The notes under the pieces: model-generated | What the model saw: the letters and a program-made list of their open reading frames with translations, nothing else | The model's database searches: none | Told to the model about the DNA's origin: nothing | Program-made: the position numbers and the translations under genes | Source: Lingula anatina | Lineage: Eukaryota > Animalia > Brachiopoda | Direction of reading: 5' to 3' | NCBI GenBank assembly: GCA_051362555.1 | Contig: CM120643.1 | Coordinates: 6,200,001-6,264,000, forward strand | DNA length: 64,000 bases | Shown here: one piece after another, positions 1 through 12,187 of the stretch | Layout of the letters: each line of letters begins with the position of its first letter | Numbering within the stretch: position 1 is the stretch's first letter

Positions 1-300
1 TGGGTACAAATGATGGGACCATTTATGTGAATGAAAAATATTTAATTTTCCAAATTTAACTGTTTTCGGCAATTCAATCTTACCATCATCCTTCATTCTA
101 TCGACCAGATGATGCAGAAATTATTGATATTTATTCGAATTTAGAACAATATGTGTTCAGAAGGGTTTTATTTTTCCAATTGAAAATGGATGTAGGAATT
201 ATGATAAATTTCGTGATCTGTCCTTTGGATTTAACTCAGATTTCATAAGTGAGCATGTAGTTTGTTTTCTATGTAGTTTTTGTAAGGGATTTTTTTAAAT

Positions 301-372
301 TTCATTTTAATATCTAACGTCCATTAGTCCTCCCATTTTGTCAATAGCTGTATATACGTCGTATATGTTTTT
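301..372. repeat. ~70-bp direct repeat; second copy ~1547-1618, partial third ~521-555
   Basis: ttcattttaatatctaacgtccattagtcct(c/t)ccattttgtcaatagctgtatatacg(t/c)cgtatatgtttt is present at both sites. Confidence 0.85.
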
Positions 373-943
373 ACGTATGACTTTTGACATTTTTTTTTTT
401 TTTTTTTTTTGCCAAACATAACGAAAGTGCGTGTCTGTTTTTTTTTCCAGCGATAAGTGTCCGACTTAAATTTTTTTTCAATTTCATATTCCCTATATAA
501 ACTAGTGTTTATTATTCTGTCCATTTTGTCAATAGCTAGGTAAACGCTGTATGTGATTTTATGTTAGTACTTTTGACACCGAGTCCAGAATGGGTCTCTC
601 TCCTCGGGGAGGGCGGAGACTACATCCACCATTGTTTTTTTTTAATGAAGAAGTTGGAATATTTTGTTTGTTTCATTAAGATCAAACATAAGACCATTAA
701 TGTGGTAGACAGTTTATTTGTCAAGTCGAATAGATAAGAACGTTATATTTTTTACACCTGTAAGTGAATTTAAATGCAGACACCAATAATATTCTCAAAT
801 ATACTTGTAGTAATAAAAAGACAACACAAAGATGTTTTATAGATAAATGTTTTATAAATAATTGAATACAGCAAAATAAATTCGAATTGCTCTTAATAAA
901 AAAACTTATTGAATATACAAAATGTCTTAGTGTTTTTACTGAT

Positions 944-1270
944 GGCTATATTTCTCAGTGGTAGCCTGGGGTTGGGGTTCGATTCCTGGCTCGGGCACTT
1001 TGGAATTACAATGAGGTGCTATTAGAATTTTTCTTTGGTTACTATAAGAAGGAAGTCCACCCGGGGAGGGTGGGTGGGAACACTTAGAGAAGTAGGTAAG
1101 GCGCTTGTCTCTGAGACAGAAGGTCCCCAGTTCGATTCCTGGCGCTTCTAGGTCCCAACAAATTACCTTTTGCAAAAATAAACCCAAATAAACTATTTAC
1201 ACTACTACAAGAGGATCATACGAATGAGGAAAATCAAGCTGAGACAGTAGCTCAATAGGTAAGGCGACAG
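944..1270 (+). pseudogene. Cluster of three degenerate tRNA-like sequences (about 944-997, 1088-1150, 1241-1268)
   Basis: A-box/D-arm-like CTCAGTGGTAG and TAGCTCAATAGGTAAGGCG; B-box GTTCGATTCC twice; the middle copy has an anticodon arm TTGT-CTCTGAG-ACAG (CTG, Gln-like) and acceptor halves AGAAG.. / CGCTTCTA but lacks the 5' part of the D arm. Confidence 0.55.
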
Positions 1271-3779
1271 ATCAAGAAAGAGAAGACGTCTAAGTTGATA
1301 ACCAAAGGTTCAAGGCGATTTGAAGACAAGAATGAACAAGCGGCATTTTTTGCACATTTTGAAACTACATCTATTACAACTTTCATGTACGTTTATTAAA
1401 AGAAATACAAGCAATTGCGCCGTACATAAAATAATTTTCATAACGACTGAGCATTTCGAGATGTAAATCAATCTTAAATACAACTATCTACAACTAAATG
1501 TGTGGGAGATTTTATGCACTTTTGAAAAGTGTCGCTCAATATCAATTTCATTTTAATATCTAACGTCCATTAGTCCTTCCATTTTGTCAATAGCTGTATA
1601 TACGCCGTATATGTTTTTATCAATCTTTTTGATTTTGAAAAAGAACATGAAATTTTGGGCTTTTTGCCCAGAGTTTAAAGTGAAAGTTGAAGATTTGTCG
1701 CGATGTACTTTACAGCCATCGTTCAAAGTTGACATTGAAGTATTTGTCTTATGAGTGAGCCAAATTGTAACAGTATTGAAATTCAAAGTGCATATGATCT
1801 CGTGTGAGCGTTCTCCTCGCACGCGGGAACGCATTCATGACCCTACAACTAACTCCATGTTGCCATGCTGATGAGCACACACAACACCAAACAGCAGTCA
1901 AACATTATTCAGCTCGGTAAATTTGCTTTTTTCATAGATAAATAAATATGCACCTGATATTGTGCGTCATTTTTTTCTCTTTTAAATCTTAAAATAGGAT
2001 TTAGGTGGCACAATTTTGAGTGAACACTTAAATTTACGCGTCGTGTGAATCAAGAACAGCATGAAGACATGGTCAGTTTACAACCTTATCCCAGTCATAG
2101 TAATTTTTAAGAAAAATATGTAAACAATTTGAAAAGGTTATGCAAAAACAAGACTAGTTTACTTAAAATAACTAATTACATTTACTCAGAAAAAGCTAAT
2201 AAACTCAAAGATCTCTGGTGTTCAGTGATCAAGAAACACTCAATAAAAATAACCCAACAGCATGTGCAGGACTGGCACCTAATCAGGCCTTTTGTTCTCA
2301 ATCACCCCTTGATTCCGACCGAAATATAGAATTAAGAAAGTACCAAGTACAAGATCAACATTAAATAAAACACTGACCTTCCAATTTTGTGTAAAACTTA
2401 TTCTAACCAATCAAGTGTCATTTTTCTGATAATATTTTGATTTTTCATATTTGATTAGACAAAAAAATCACAAAAGAAAAAGGATTTTTTAGACGATAAG
2501 TCAGTAAATTGGCAGTTAACAGAAAAATTTCGTGTTTTAGAGGATTGACAAAAGTTGGCAGTCTACAAAAGTTTAATTACTAGGAAATACCCATTACCCC
2601 CAAAATAGAGCTTTGCGACAACTGTAGTTTTTGATAAGAGTTTGATAAGGATTTTTCAAAATTTCAAGTTGTAAAAGATGCGATAAATGCCAGTCCTACA
2701 TATACATATTAATTGACAAAAGACGCAAAAGGAAACACTTCCTACTATCCACTGCTTCTCTTTGTAAACAGTTCCGCTATGTAATGAAGATAAAAGGTTA
2801 ATTTTCCCTTTTTAATGACAAAAACATATTAATTTTCGAAAAAATACTACCCCAACCCCTGGTTTGATTGTCTGCAAACAAAACATTTCTATCCCTTCCA
2901 AGCAATAAAACTATGGGTCTATAACTGATCAGACATACTACTAGTATATCAAAACACCGGGAACCAAAGGAAGTTTATTCTTACCATGTGTCATAACCGC
3001 ATATTCAATTTTAGAAAGACCCGTTTTAATACGTGTGGGCAATTCTGTAATAACTTGAGCACATTTTACAATTTTATACTGCCGTTAATTCTTAAGTGTC
3101 ATAATTTGGATTACGTTTATTGTAGATTTATATCTCGGTCATTTCTTCCAATAAAAGATTCCCGTAAAAGATTCTTCCAATGAAATATTCCTGTATACAT
3201 TTTACGCACGAGTCGCTACGTATTTTTTTCTTAAGTTAACTTCATTAAAATCAATATTTGTATTCATATCCAATTTAATATGAATAATAATGTATTTTTA
3301 AGCGCACAATAAAGCGTCTTATTACACATTTGCCCACACATACAATTTTACAATCAATTTTACATTGAACCGGTCGTACTAGCACAGCGCTCTACCTGCA
3401 CATCACTTAATAATAAATTTAAAACCATTTATTTTATTGTCATAGATCACTTAAGCAAGGCACTTTTTTTGTTTTAGGATAACTTAAAAAGTGTCGTTTC
3501 AGGTTAGAGAACTGGTGGGTATGAACAAAAAATTTAAATTGTGATGAAAACATCGTGTGCGGATAGAGTGCTGTACTACAACTTATTTACATATGTATAA
3601 TAATATACCAGCGACGTGCAGGGTTGACGCTTGGATTTGGTCCATTTTATCAGAAGTTCCATGAATAAAACAATCGTTACACGCTGCATTTCATTTGATA
3701 CATGTTTTGATGTAGAATATTACAACCCAAAGCAAACATTACATTTCAAACCAAAGCAAATGTCAACCCTGCAAGTTGA

Positions 3780-4553
3780 CTATACGGCAGACTTCGACAC
3801 GCAAGACACGTTGACATGGGTGCGGGCGCTGGCGAACACGAATCTGATGTCTTTGCTGGGAGTGCGTCCAATCTCATAGTAGACGGTTGTTACGAGGCAC
3901 TGAAATTAAATGAAAAATGAAATAAATTAAACTAAATCCATAATAATATCTAAGGAATTGACAAAGTGAAATACATAATATTAATAATAATAATCTTGAT
4001 AGGTTTTTTACTTTCTTAGTTAAACATTATTTTGCGTATTTTGTGGGTAGAGTGATATAAATTCAGGATTTCATTGCTACACGTGCTTATTATCTTCAGA
4101 ATGATTTTACCAATAACTTTATACCAATACATCCATACTTAAATAAATTCGTAATCCGAATGCTGGCACTTTAGCTCATCTTTTTTTTAAATCAAATAGT
4201 TTATGCAAGCATTTTATTTCAGATTATAATATCAAAGACGGTATGTAATCGAAATTGCAATCAGGAAAAAATGAAGTCAAGGGGGTCGACAATGCCTAGC
4301 TAATATACGTTTGCATTCCTGGTCGCGGCTATTTCTCTATAAAATAATTTGTTTATTGTCAGTTAGCTTTAATAAATAGGATATATTTGTACAGGTCACT
4401 GTCAAAAAATAAAAAAGGCACCCATTGGGAGCTGAGAATGTTACAGTAGTTACCTGCTTTGTCGTCTTGCTTTGTTTAAGACGGAAAAACGAGTTCAGAC
4501 CTTTGGACGGCTGGAATAATCTTCTCACTTCTTTATGAGTAAATACTTTCCTT
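3780..4553 (-). CDS. Putative last two coding exons (4553-4454, 3899-3780) of an unidentified gene
   Basis: Pyrimidine-tract AG acceptors, CAG|GTAACT donor, matching phases; joined reading RKVFTHKEVRRLFQPSKGLNSFFRLKQSKTTKQ|CLVTTVYYEIGRTPSKDIRFVFASARTHVNVSCVSKSAV*; upstream exons not found. Confidence 0.35.
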
Positions 4554-5141
4554 CTGGAAAAAGCAATATAAAAAGTTATTAAACTTTCCAAGCTCATTTC
4601 AGCATTCATGTCAATGAAATATATCCAAGAGCCATTACGTCTGAAGTGGGAAATACATACTTTTGGATAAAATATCGTCAACATAAACCGATCAGTGTTG
4701 CCTTATATCATCTATACAGTACTTACAACAAACTACATCAGTTCTCAGTGCCAAAATTTCAGTTTACGTGTGGAAATTGTGGCAATGTGGCAAGTGAAGC
4801 TTCTTCCTCTTCCTTCTGACCTTGGTCCTATCTGAATACCTCTCACCAAAATGCTCACCTGGTTTACATAATAATAGCACTGACTGTGGGATTGTGTTAG
4901 AGAAGACACGATGCGGCTTAACGCAATCTAAACGTTATCATCAGGTTATTGCACCAAGGAGTTATAACTCCTTGGGTTTGTACATGTATATCTAACATTT
5001 TAATTTTTATGGAGCAGTACATATGAACCCAAACACATATGAACCCAAATCACATAAGAATCAGTTTACTGAGTTACGCATCATTCGTGAAGGTATTGTT
5101 TTCATTGTTTGTTCTCTGTTGTCGCGACTCTGTGGTTGCGT

Positions 5142-5470
5142 GCGACGTTATATATGTGCGCACGAATGTTATTACGTCGCTTATTCTTCTTTGTTACGCT
5201 AAAATGATACATACGTTACCGATACATACGTTACCATGAAGCGTGTAAATATTTATTCTATTTTCATTGGTTTTCTTTCGCTTTGTGGGCCAACACTTAT
5301 GTCTTTTATTTGTGTTTCATTAAAATAGTGTTGGCGCACAAAAGGAGAGACAACCAATGAAAATAGAATAAAAAATATTTTCACGCTTTATGGTAACGTA
5401 TGTATCAATTTAACGTAACAAAGAAGAATGAGCGACGTAATAACATGCGTGCGCACATATACAACGTCGC
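5142..5470. mobile_element. Long fold-back palindrome / MITE-like hairpin (arms ~150 bp, loop ~30 bp)
   Basis: gcgacgttatatatgtgcgcacgaatgttattacgtcgc...ccaacact is the near reverse complement of agtgttggcgcacaaa...gcgacgtaataacatgcgtgcgcacatatacaacgtcgc. Confidence 0.85.
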
Positions 5471-5730
5471 TGACTTGATATCTGTAAGATTCTGCAGGGT
5501 GAAACGGGAGACATGGCCTAGTCTTTTACCTCTCAAAAAGTTTGCAATATACTTTGTCTTTCAGTGGTCCCCGATTCTTTAATATTACCAATGTTATCAC
5601 TTTGAACCGCATAAAACACTTTTGGAAGTAAAAGAATCATATTAGAAACTATCACTACACTTTCTTTTTATCATTTTATTTTTATTCATCTTAGTACTGC
5701 CATTGGCATATCTACTAGTGCCTCAATTTA

Positions 5731-5979
5731 GGACTCATTCCCAATGGAACTATTGATCTATGTAAATCGATCCAGCTCCACAGGGACTCTTGCTGAATGA
5801 AATTGGATTGGCTCGCCTCCTTTTGTTTATAACATGCTTGTTTTCCATTTTCTACTCAAAGCTAGGGGGTGGTATGCTAATCTCTCAATCTGATTACATT
5901 CAGCAAGAGTCCCCCTGAATTGATCTACCTAGACAGATAAAACACTGAATGCACTCTTATTTTTATTGGGACTGAGTTC
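5731..5979. mobile_element. PIF/Harbinger-type MITE
   Basis: TIRs GGACTCATTCCCAAT / ATTGGGACTGAGTTC, TTA on both flanks, internal inverted gggactcttgctgaatg / cattcagcaagagtccc. Confidence 0.65.
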
Positions 5980-6029
5980 TTAGACCTAAATATTCTTACA
6001 CAGTCATATAAATAAAACAACAACAATAA

Positions 6030-6625
6030 ATAATAATAATAATATATAAATAATAATCTTTATTGAGCACTAAAATGCATACATATTACATTTTACAGGC
6101 TCTCTACACTAGTCATAACAACTTAGCAACAATTATACAAAGCTATACAATACTTATTGAATGATTACTGGGAAGCAGCACAGAATAAAACGACTATTGC
6201 TATTAGTGGGTGTGTCGTTTTTTCAAACTTTCAGTTATATATAGATATAATGTTCTCAAACATGATTCACTTTTTGGACTGAGCAGCCACTGAATTTTTT
6301 CATGATCTGTTTTCTGCTCAGGAGGTATCATTAATCTAATTCTTCTGTCACTATGTTCTTCACATTTCAGTAAAAAGTGGATCTCCGTTTCAATTTCATT
6401 ACAGTGGGGGCACTTGCGATTTTCAGTAGGGGTTTTAGGGGATGTATAGCGGCCACGTTCAATTTCTAATTCCTGGTCACTAATCCGCATTTTTGCAATA
6501 GTCTTCATTTCTGATGGGGTGACTTTCATTGACAGATATTTTTCAGGGGTGTAAGTTTTTTTAAGTAATCTGTATGTCCTGAGTTTACTGTAGTTATCAC
6601 TTTCCAGGTCTTTCCAAAATAGTTT
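6030..6625 (-). mobile_element. LINE 3' end (CR1/L2-like ORF2 C-terminal zinc-binding region with tail)
   Basis: ORF 6203-6529: MRISDQELEIERGRY...CPHCNEIETEIHFLLKC; on the minus strand AATAAA is followed by an (ATT)n tail. Confidence 0.8.
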
Positions 6626-7040
6626 AATATTATTAGTTTAATAATATTATTTAATGTTGATTTATAATTAAAAGTTGGTTGGTACATTTATAATGTTGAA
6701 ATGATAATTCTCAGAAAAACAAAGGCCAAATACATTTTCAAGAAGTGCATTAAAGTTGAAAGTTATGAATACAGTTTATAAAATCATAATTATAATTACC
6801 TAAAATAATACACGTATGATAAATAATGACAATAACTGCATTGCAGACTTTCAATTTAATTTTCAAAGACATAAAAACTGTATTTACCGGTATAAACATC
6901 TGTACAGCGCTTTTTACTTACATTTGTGCATTAAAAATGTTCCCATGTAAATTTATATGTACATATTTCATAAGGAAACAAAAGCCTGAAATTCACTGCA
7001 AAGAGACTGTAGTTTGCCGCTTTTAAAATGTTCTCTCTCT

Positions 7041-7262
7041 CATCACTGTATATCATGTCCACAGTGTGTTCAGTGATTTCTATGTGAGACTACAGACACA
7101 TATACAACTATGATCATCACTATATCTCATGTCCACAGTGTGTTCAGTGATTTCTATATGAGACTACAGACACATTTACAACTATGATCATCACTGTATA
7201 TCATGTCCACAGTGTGTTCAGTGATTTCCATATGAGACTACAGACACATATACAACTATGAT
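7041..7262. repeat. 74-bp minisatellite, 3 copies
   Basis: catcactgtatatcatgtccacagtgtgttcagtgatttc...caactatgat starts at 7041, 7115 and 7189. Confidence 0.95.
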
Positions 7263-7356
7263 CCCCACTGCACTGATGAATAAAAAAGTCACATCATATA
7301 TATATTATCTGGTTGGGGTTATGTGTGTAAATGAAATATCTTAAATATGACAGTTA

Positions 7357-7554
7357 GGCACCATTCACAATAGATCTGAGTGCTAACTGATCTGCCAACT
7401 AAATATGGCGGACCACACTTCAAAAGAGATGACGCTGATTCCTGATGGTCTCCCTGCCTCCACACACGCCATATAACAGATTAATTCTTGGCTGCGAGTT
7501 TTAATTACTAGGCCCCTGCAGTTAGTACTCGGATCATCTATTCTGAATGGAGCC
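7357..7554. mobile_element. Harbinger-like MITE; partial inverted copy at ~29530-29630
   Basis: TIRs GGCACCATTCACAATAGAT..GAGTGCTAACTG / CAGTTAGTACTCGGATCATCTATTCTGAATGGAGCC; flanks TTA and TAA. Confidence 0.65.
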
Positions 7555-7696
7555 TAAGTGTTAAAGTAACTCTCAGGTGGTGAAAAACTGGAATTTTTTT
7601 TATTTATCAAGTATCCTTCATCAGTTTTGTATACATACCCATTGTAAGCATGAGTTTTACCCCCTACCCTGGTTCTGTATGATATTATTTGTTACT

Positions 7697-7842
7697 GAGC
7701 ACATTCAGAACAGTGGATTAACAGATCCTTGGATCAAATATGCATAATCCCAGTGAAGAATCTATTCAGTGTCTAATCAGGAATTAAGTTTTTTAGTGGG
7801 TCACCATATTTGATCCATGGATCTGTTAGTCTGAATGTGCTC
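7697..7842. mobile_element. Small palindromic MITE
   Basis: gagcacattcaga..taacagatccttggatcaaatatg / catatttgatccatggatctgttagtctgaatgtgctc. Confidence 0.65.
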
Positions 7843-8813
7843 AAGGAGGCATGAGAGAGAAAATATAACAACAGTTATAGGAGTCTGAAATTTTCTAAGT
7901 ATTTAATTTCTCTTTCTCACCTCGCTTTATCTATGCCTCTCTACAACTTCAACCCAGTTTCTCTTAAATAAAATTCTGCACTAATGAGCTAAATTAAATA
8001 AATAAACATTCTTTGATTACAAACAGCTCCAAAATAATCAGGTGGGAATTTACTAGGTACCAGTACTTATAACAGACATTAACAATGTGATGATTCAGTC
8101 ACCATTCTGACTTGCTTAATCCAGCATTGGTTTATTAGCACTACATGTACTTTAGGCAAGCTAACTCAATAAATAACTTTGGATATTTAAGATAAGAAAA
8201 AAATTGTCTTTTCATTCAATTTTATTTTTAAAAATCTACATAAAATTACAAAGTAAGCAACAAAAGTAATAATAAGTGCTTATCTTTTATTAAGACTACT
8301 ATGACATCACAACAGTACTGTACATATTAGTATAAAAGCTTCAATATATTTATTGCCAAAATTTGCTAAATTCTTTATTTTAAAGAAATATTAATGAAAT
8401 GATTTCCTCCATATTACTTACACAAAATTGCTGCAGGCATCTTTTATACTACTGGCAAACCATAAGATGAGCACTAACATAAGACTAGACAGCAAAGCTG
8501 GCAAAATATACAGACACAAAACACAAAACAAGGTGCAACAATAGAGTTAAATATATTTTTTTCTGTGACAGCACCGAATATGGGCCAAGGCCTATGGGTT
8601 TGCAAATTCACCAGTTTTACCATTAGTTATATAATAGCTTGTTTCAATACTTATAAAACTGTGCACACGTATTGGTAAAAATTGTCAAATCCTGTTAGTT
8701 TTTAACTCAAACAGCTTTTTTTTACTAAACAAAACCTCTCTGCATATTTGATGTAAAACAAAAACATGGTTTGGTATCTATGGTAAGACAGTCACCAAAA
8801 TACTTGCAAAAAA

Positions 8814-8846
<33 letters not shown>

Positions 8847-8900
8847 GATATTTTAAAATTTTTTTACTCAGTCAAAGTGGGGGGAGGGGGGGGGGGGATG

Positions 8901-9065
8901 CACCATGTTCAGAATGAACACCAGTGGATGTCTGGGGATGGCTACAGGAACATGGACCCTATCTCCTGATGTCAGGGAGGAAAAAAAATGGTTGGAGCCT
9001 GGTACACAAATCTTGACTGCATTGAGACAAATCATCTCCAACAAAAGATTTCAGGACATTATGTC
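8901..9065 (+). pseudogene. Kolobok-type transposase fragment
   Basis: Frameshifted HHVQNEHQWMSGDG..EHGP..EKKWLEPGTQILTALRQIISNKRFQD resembles the HHVxNxHxW...HGPL...KxWL...AL...RFLxD stretch of animal Kolobok transposases. Confidence 0.55.
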
Positions 9066-9089
9066 AGGAACCTTGGTTACAGGCACTGC

Positions 9090-9768
9090 AAAACTTCTAG
9101 AACACAGGATTGGGATGAGAAGATCTCCTTATTCCTCATGTCCTACCGCAGCTCACAACACGACAGCACTGGCTAAACCCCAAATCTAATGGTATTAGTT
9201 AGAAAAATTGATTTACCGGCCTATATTGTTTCTGGATGGCCATGTTACATGAAGTAGATAATTTTAATTTGGTGATGATTTTCCACTTTTCAGTATTTAC
9301 AACTAATGGGTGTGAATGAAAATTTTATACCATGTGAGACTCATGAATGATTGAAAAACTTGAGTAAAAGCCTAAATAGATCCTATGAAATGGCTCGAGA
9401 AAAACTGAAAAGTGTGCAGAAATGTCAAAAAACAGTTGTATGATGCAAAGTTGAGAGAGAGTGAATATACTTGTGGTCAGAAGGTATATTTGAGGGATGA
9501 AAGTCATAAAAATTGAGAAAGTAAGAAACTTAGACCCTTATATAGAGGACCATATGATGTTATCAAAGCATCCCCACCTCTCTATACAATTAAAGATAAA
9601 AAAGGAAAAATCCAGGTGGTACATCATGATAGATTGAGAAAATTTGTTGAAAGAGAGAGTGATTTTCAGTTGAATGAACCACAATTGGTGGAACCAATTG
9701 TAAAAAGATCAAGATTTGGTAGAGAAATTAAGATGCCATCTCATTTAAGAGATTTCGCCTTAGAATGA
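9090..9768 (+). pseudogene. Gypsy integrase, C-terminal half (core end plus GPY/F region)
   Basis: DWDEKISLFLMSYRSSQHDSTG*TPNLM...AREKLKSVQKCQKQLYD...KKLRPLYRGPYDVI...VVHHDRLRKF...RSRFGREIKMPSHLRDFALE*; internal stops. Confidence 0.9.
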
Positions 9769-9896
9769 TTATATTGATATATGTTTTGTTTATTAGTTAA
9801 GATATAATTGTATATAGATACTTCCTTAATTTTCGGCAGTGCTGAAATAAAAGGAACTTAATTTATTTATTTGTATTTTTTATTTTTTTTTAGACC

Positions 9897-10184
9897 ATGG
9901 ATGAATCAAACATATACAATATTCTCGCAGAGAAAGAGTATAATTGGTGCAGAAATTGGATCGAACAACCAAACACTCTGCTCAACATATCAATTAACAA
10001 TATAATACCACAAAATTTACCACAGTCCAGAATGTCAATGTACATGGGAACTCTACTTAATGAAAGAGTGCTATTAGAGAAAGGAATGGATTGAATGATT
10101 GAAAATATCTATTCATATCAAAACAATATAACGAAAGAAGAATGTGTAGATATCATACTTTACTTGAGAGATAAATTGTATGGC

Positions 10185-10190
<6 letters not shown>
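9897..10190 (+). pseudogene. Extra ORF A downstream of Gypsy pol (~97 codons, one internal TGA), followed by a long A run
   Basis: Poly-T + AG immediately before ACCATGG; the frame continues past TGA 10092-10094 (MIENIYSYQNNITKEECVDIILYLRDKLYGY*). Confidence 0.45.
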
Positions 10191-10226
<36 letters not shown>

Positions 10227-10793
10227 ATAATAAAGATATATTTAATAAAGTATATTATAGTTTGTACTTCCTATTATATTTCAGGTAATTTGATCAAAAC
10301 AACAGTACAAGTTGGTATAGGTTTTCTAAATATTTGTTTGAATTTTGTTGTTGAGCATAATACATTGAGCACTGCATGAATAGGTTGATAGCTACTTTTG
10401 TCTTTTTTGGATTATGGTTATTAAAAAAAAAAAAAATTAAATATTACCTAACACGGTTACACTGTTCAAACTAATATGTTGCAGTTTAGCATGTGTTTTG
10501 CATGTAATCGGATTAGAGGTTGTCAAGGTAATAATTCTTTTCTTTTTACACATTTTAATGATGGTATTTCATTTGGGGATTTGGTATAAAAGTAATATTT
10601 ATACATAGTAAAGGCGGCGATGCTGTAATACTATGTTAGTAATTAATGAAATACTATGTTTATGATGTAATACTGTGTTAATAATGTAAAATTATGTTTA
10701 TAATGTAATATGTTAATATTCATTTGAAAGAAAAGATCATTATCATGTATGTTCATTCAAGAAAATAAACCATTGTATAAGTTTATTTCAGAT

Positions 10794-11462
10794 ATGGATG
10801 ATCTAGACATGCTAGATGAAGCCTGTTTTGTCCCGGATTATGATGACACTGATTTGGTGGAAGATCCTACTGTCCTAATTGGTGAAGAGGGGAAGGAAGT
10901 TATCCACTCAAATTGCAGAAGGAAGAAACAGAGGAAAGAAGTTCAGTGTGGTTTGTGTCTGGTGTCCAGTGCTGACCTAAGTAGACATCTTGGACGTCAT
11001 GTGAAATCTGTTCATTTGCCATGGTATATGACTCCAGGATTGGTGTGCTGGTATTGCAGATCGATGGAGAAGGACAATTCGCTTTTGCGTAAACGTCATG
11101 GTGATGATCATTCGTATGGAACTGGTGAATTCGAGGAAAAACTATGGATCCAATTGGTGAATGGATTTATACATTTCCTGATATTAACATTAAATATGAG
11201 AAATATATGGGAACTGATGGACTATGTGAAAAGTGAAGGACTAGTAATGTTGCCAGATAACTGTTCCAAGGAGGACATTGACTTTGTAAAAATATACATT
11301 TATGGAAATGGTATGGAGCCTAAGACTGAGATTCTGAATTCTTTGTTGACTTTGTTTCACTGGAAAACTTTGTATCATCTGTTACAAAAACTTTCATCAG
11401 AGGATCGTGAACTCAGTAGTCATTGGTATCGGCGGATGGAATTTACTTTGCTATATGGATAA
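10794..11462 (+). CDS. Extra ORF B inside the Gypsy element; Cys/His zinc-finger-like protein
   Basis: Open 237-codon frame, likely start ATG 10794 after TTATTTCAG; acidic N-terminus, basic NLS-like RRKKQRK, CGLC..RHLGRHVKSVHLPWYMTPGLVCWYC..RH. Confidence 0.65.
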   Translation: MDDLDMLDEACFVPDYDDTDLVEDPTVLIGEEGKEVIHSNCRRKKQRKEVQCGLCLVSSADLSRHLGRHVKSVHLPWYMTPGLVCWYCRSMEKDNSLLRKRHGDDHSYGTGEFEEKLWIQLVNGFIHFLILTLNMRNIWELMDYVKSEGLVMLPDNCSKEDIDFVKIYIYGNGMEPKTEILNSLLTLFHWKTLYHLLQKLSSEDRELSSHWYRRMEFTLLYG

Positions 11463-11826
11463 AAAATGAACTATATAATGATTTGACATTTCACATTGAC
11501 ATTGTTATCATTACTAATGTTGTTTTGAGCAACTTTGAGTTAAAATCACTTTGTTTGCTTTTAAAGTTGATTTAAAGTGATAATGGATTTAAAACTTTGT
11601 TTTGCATTCCTAAGGATGAACATTTATGCTGAGAGATGGACTTGATTGACTTTACTTGTGTTAAAGTTAAATGTTGAATCTTGGCATAACAAGAATGAAC
11701 TTAATTGCATTACTTGCTCATTTTAAAGGTAAAGTACGATTACATTTGTTAAATTATAGTAATTGTTAGTTTAACAATTTAAAGTAATGGTTTATATTGT
11801 AATAATAGGGGGGAGTTTTGTTCGAC

Positions 11827-12187
11827 AAAAGGGGGGAGAGTGTGACGATGTAGTGTGTTAGTTGAGATTGTTTTACATTGCTACCGGTAGATGTCTCTAT
11901 AAGTAAAGTGTTGTGCGGTGTGCAAGTTTGAATCTCTCCTGTGATTGGTAACTTAATTAAAGGTAAAACTGTTCACTGTATAGTTGGTTCTGATTGGTAA
12001 ACGTGTACTATCTGAACATGTATATAAGGTCCGACTTGAAATAAATCGGTCTCTTTCTTGGGCTTTTGGCTACCTATTTGGTCTGCGAGTTATTATTTGG
12101 CTCCTTTTTTGGCTCTTAACTCTGAGATACCAGTAAGTTCATTGTTATTTGTACCTTCATAAGGCACTCGGCCGCGAAGGCGTAACA
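11827..12187 (+). mobile_element. Polypurine tract plus 3' LTR (11841-12187, 347 bp)
   Basis: AAAAGGGGGGAGAG abuts TGTGACG...CGTAACA inverted ends; two ATTGG (CCAAT) boxes, TATATAAG ~12021, AATAAA ~12039. Confidence 0.9.
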
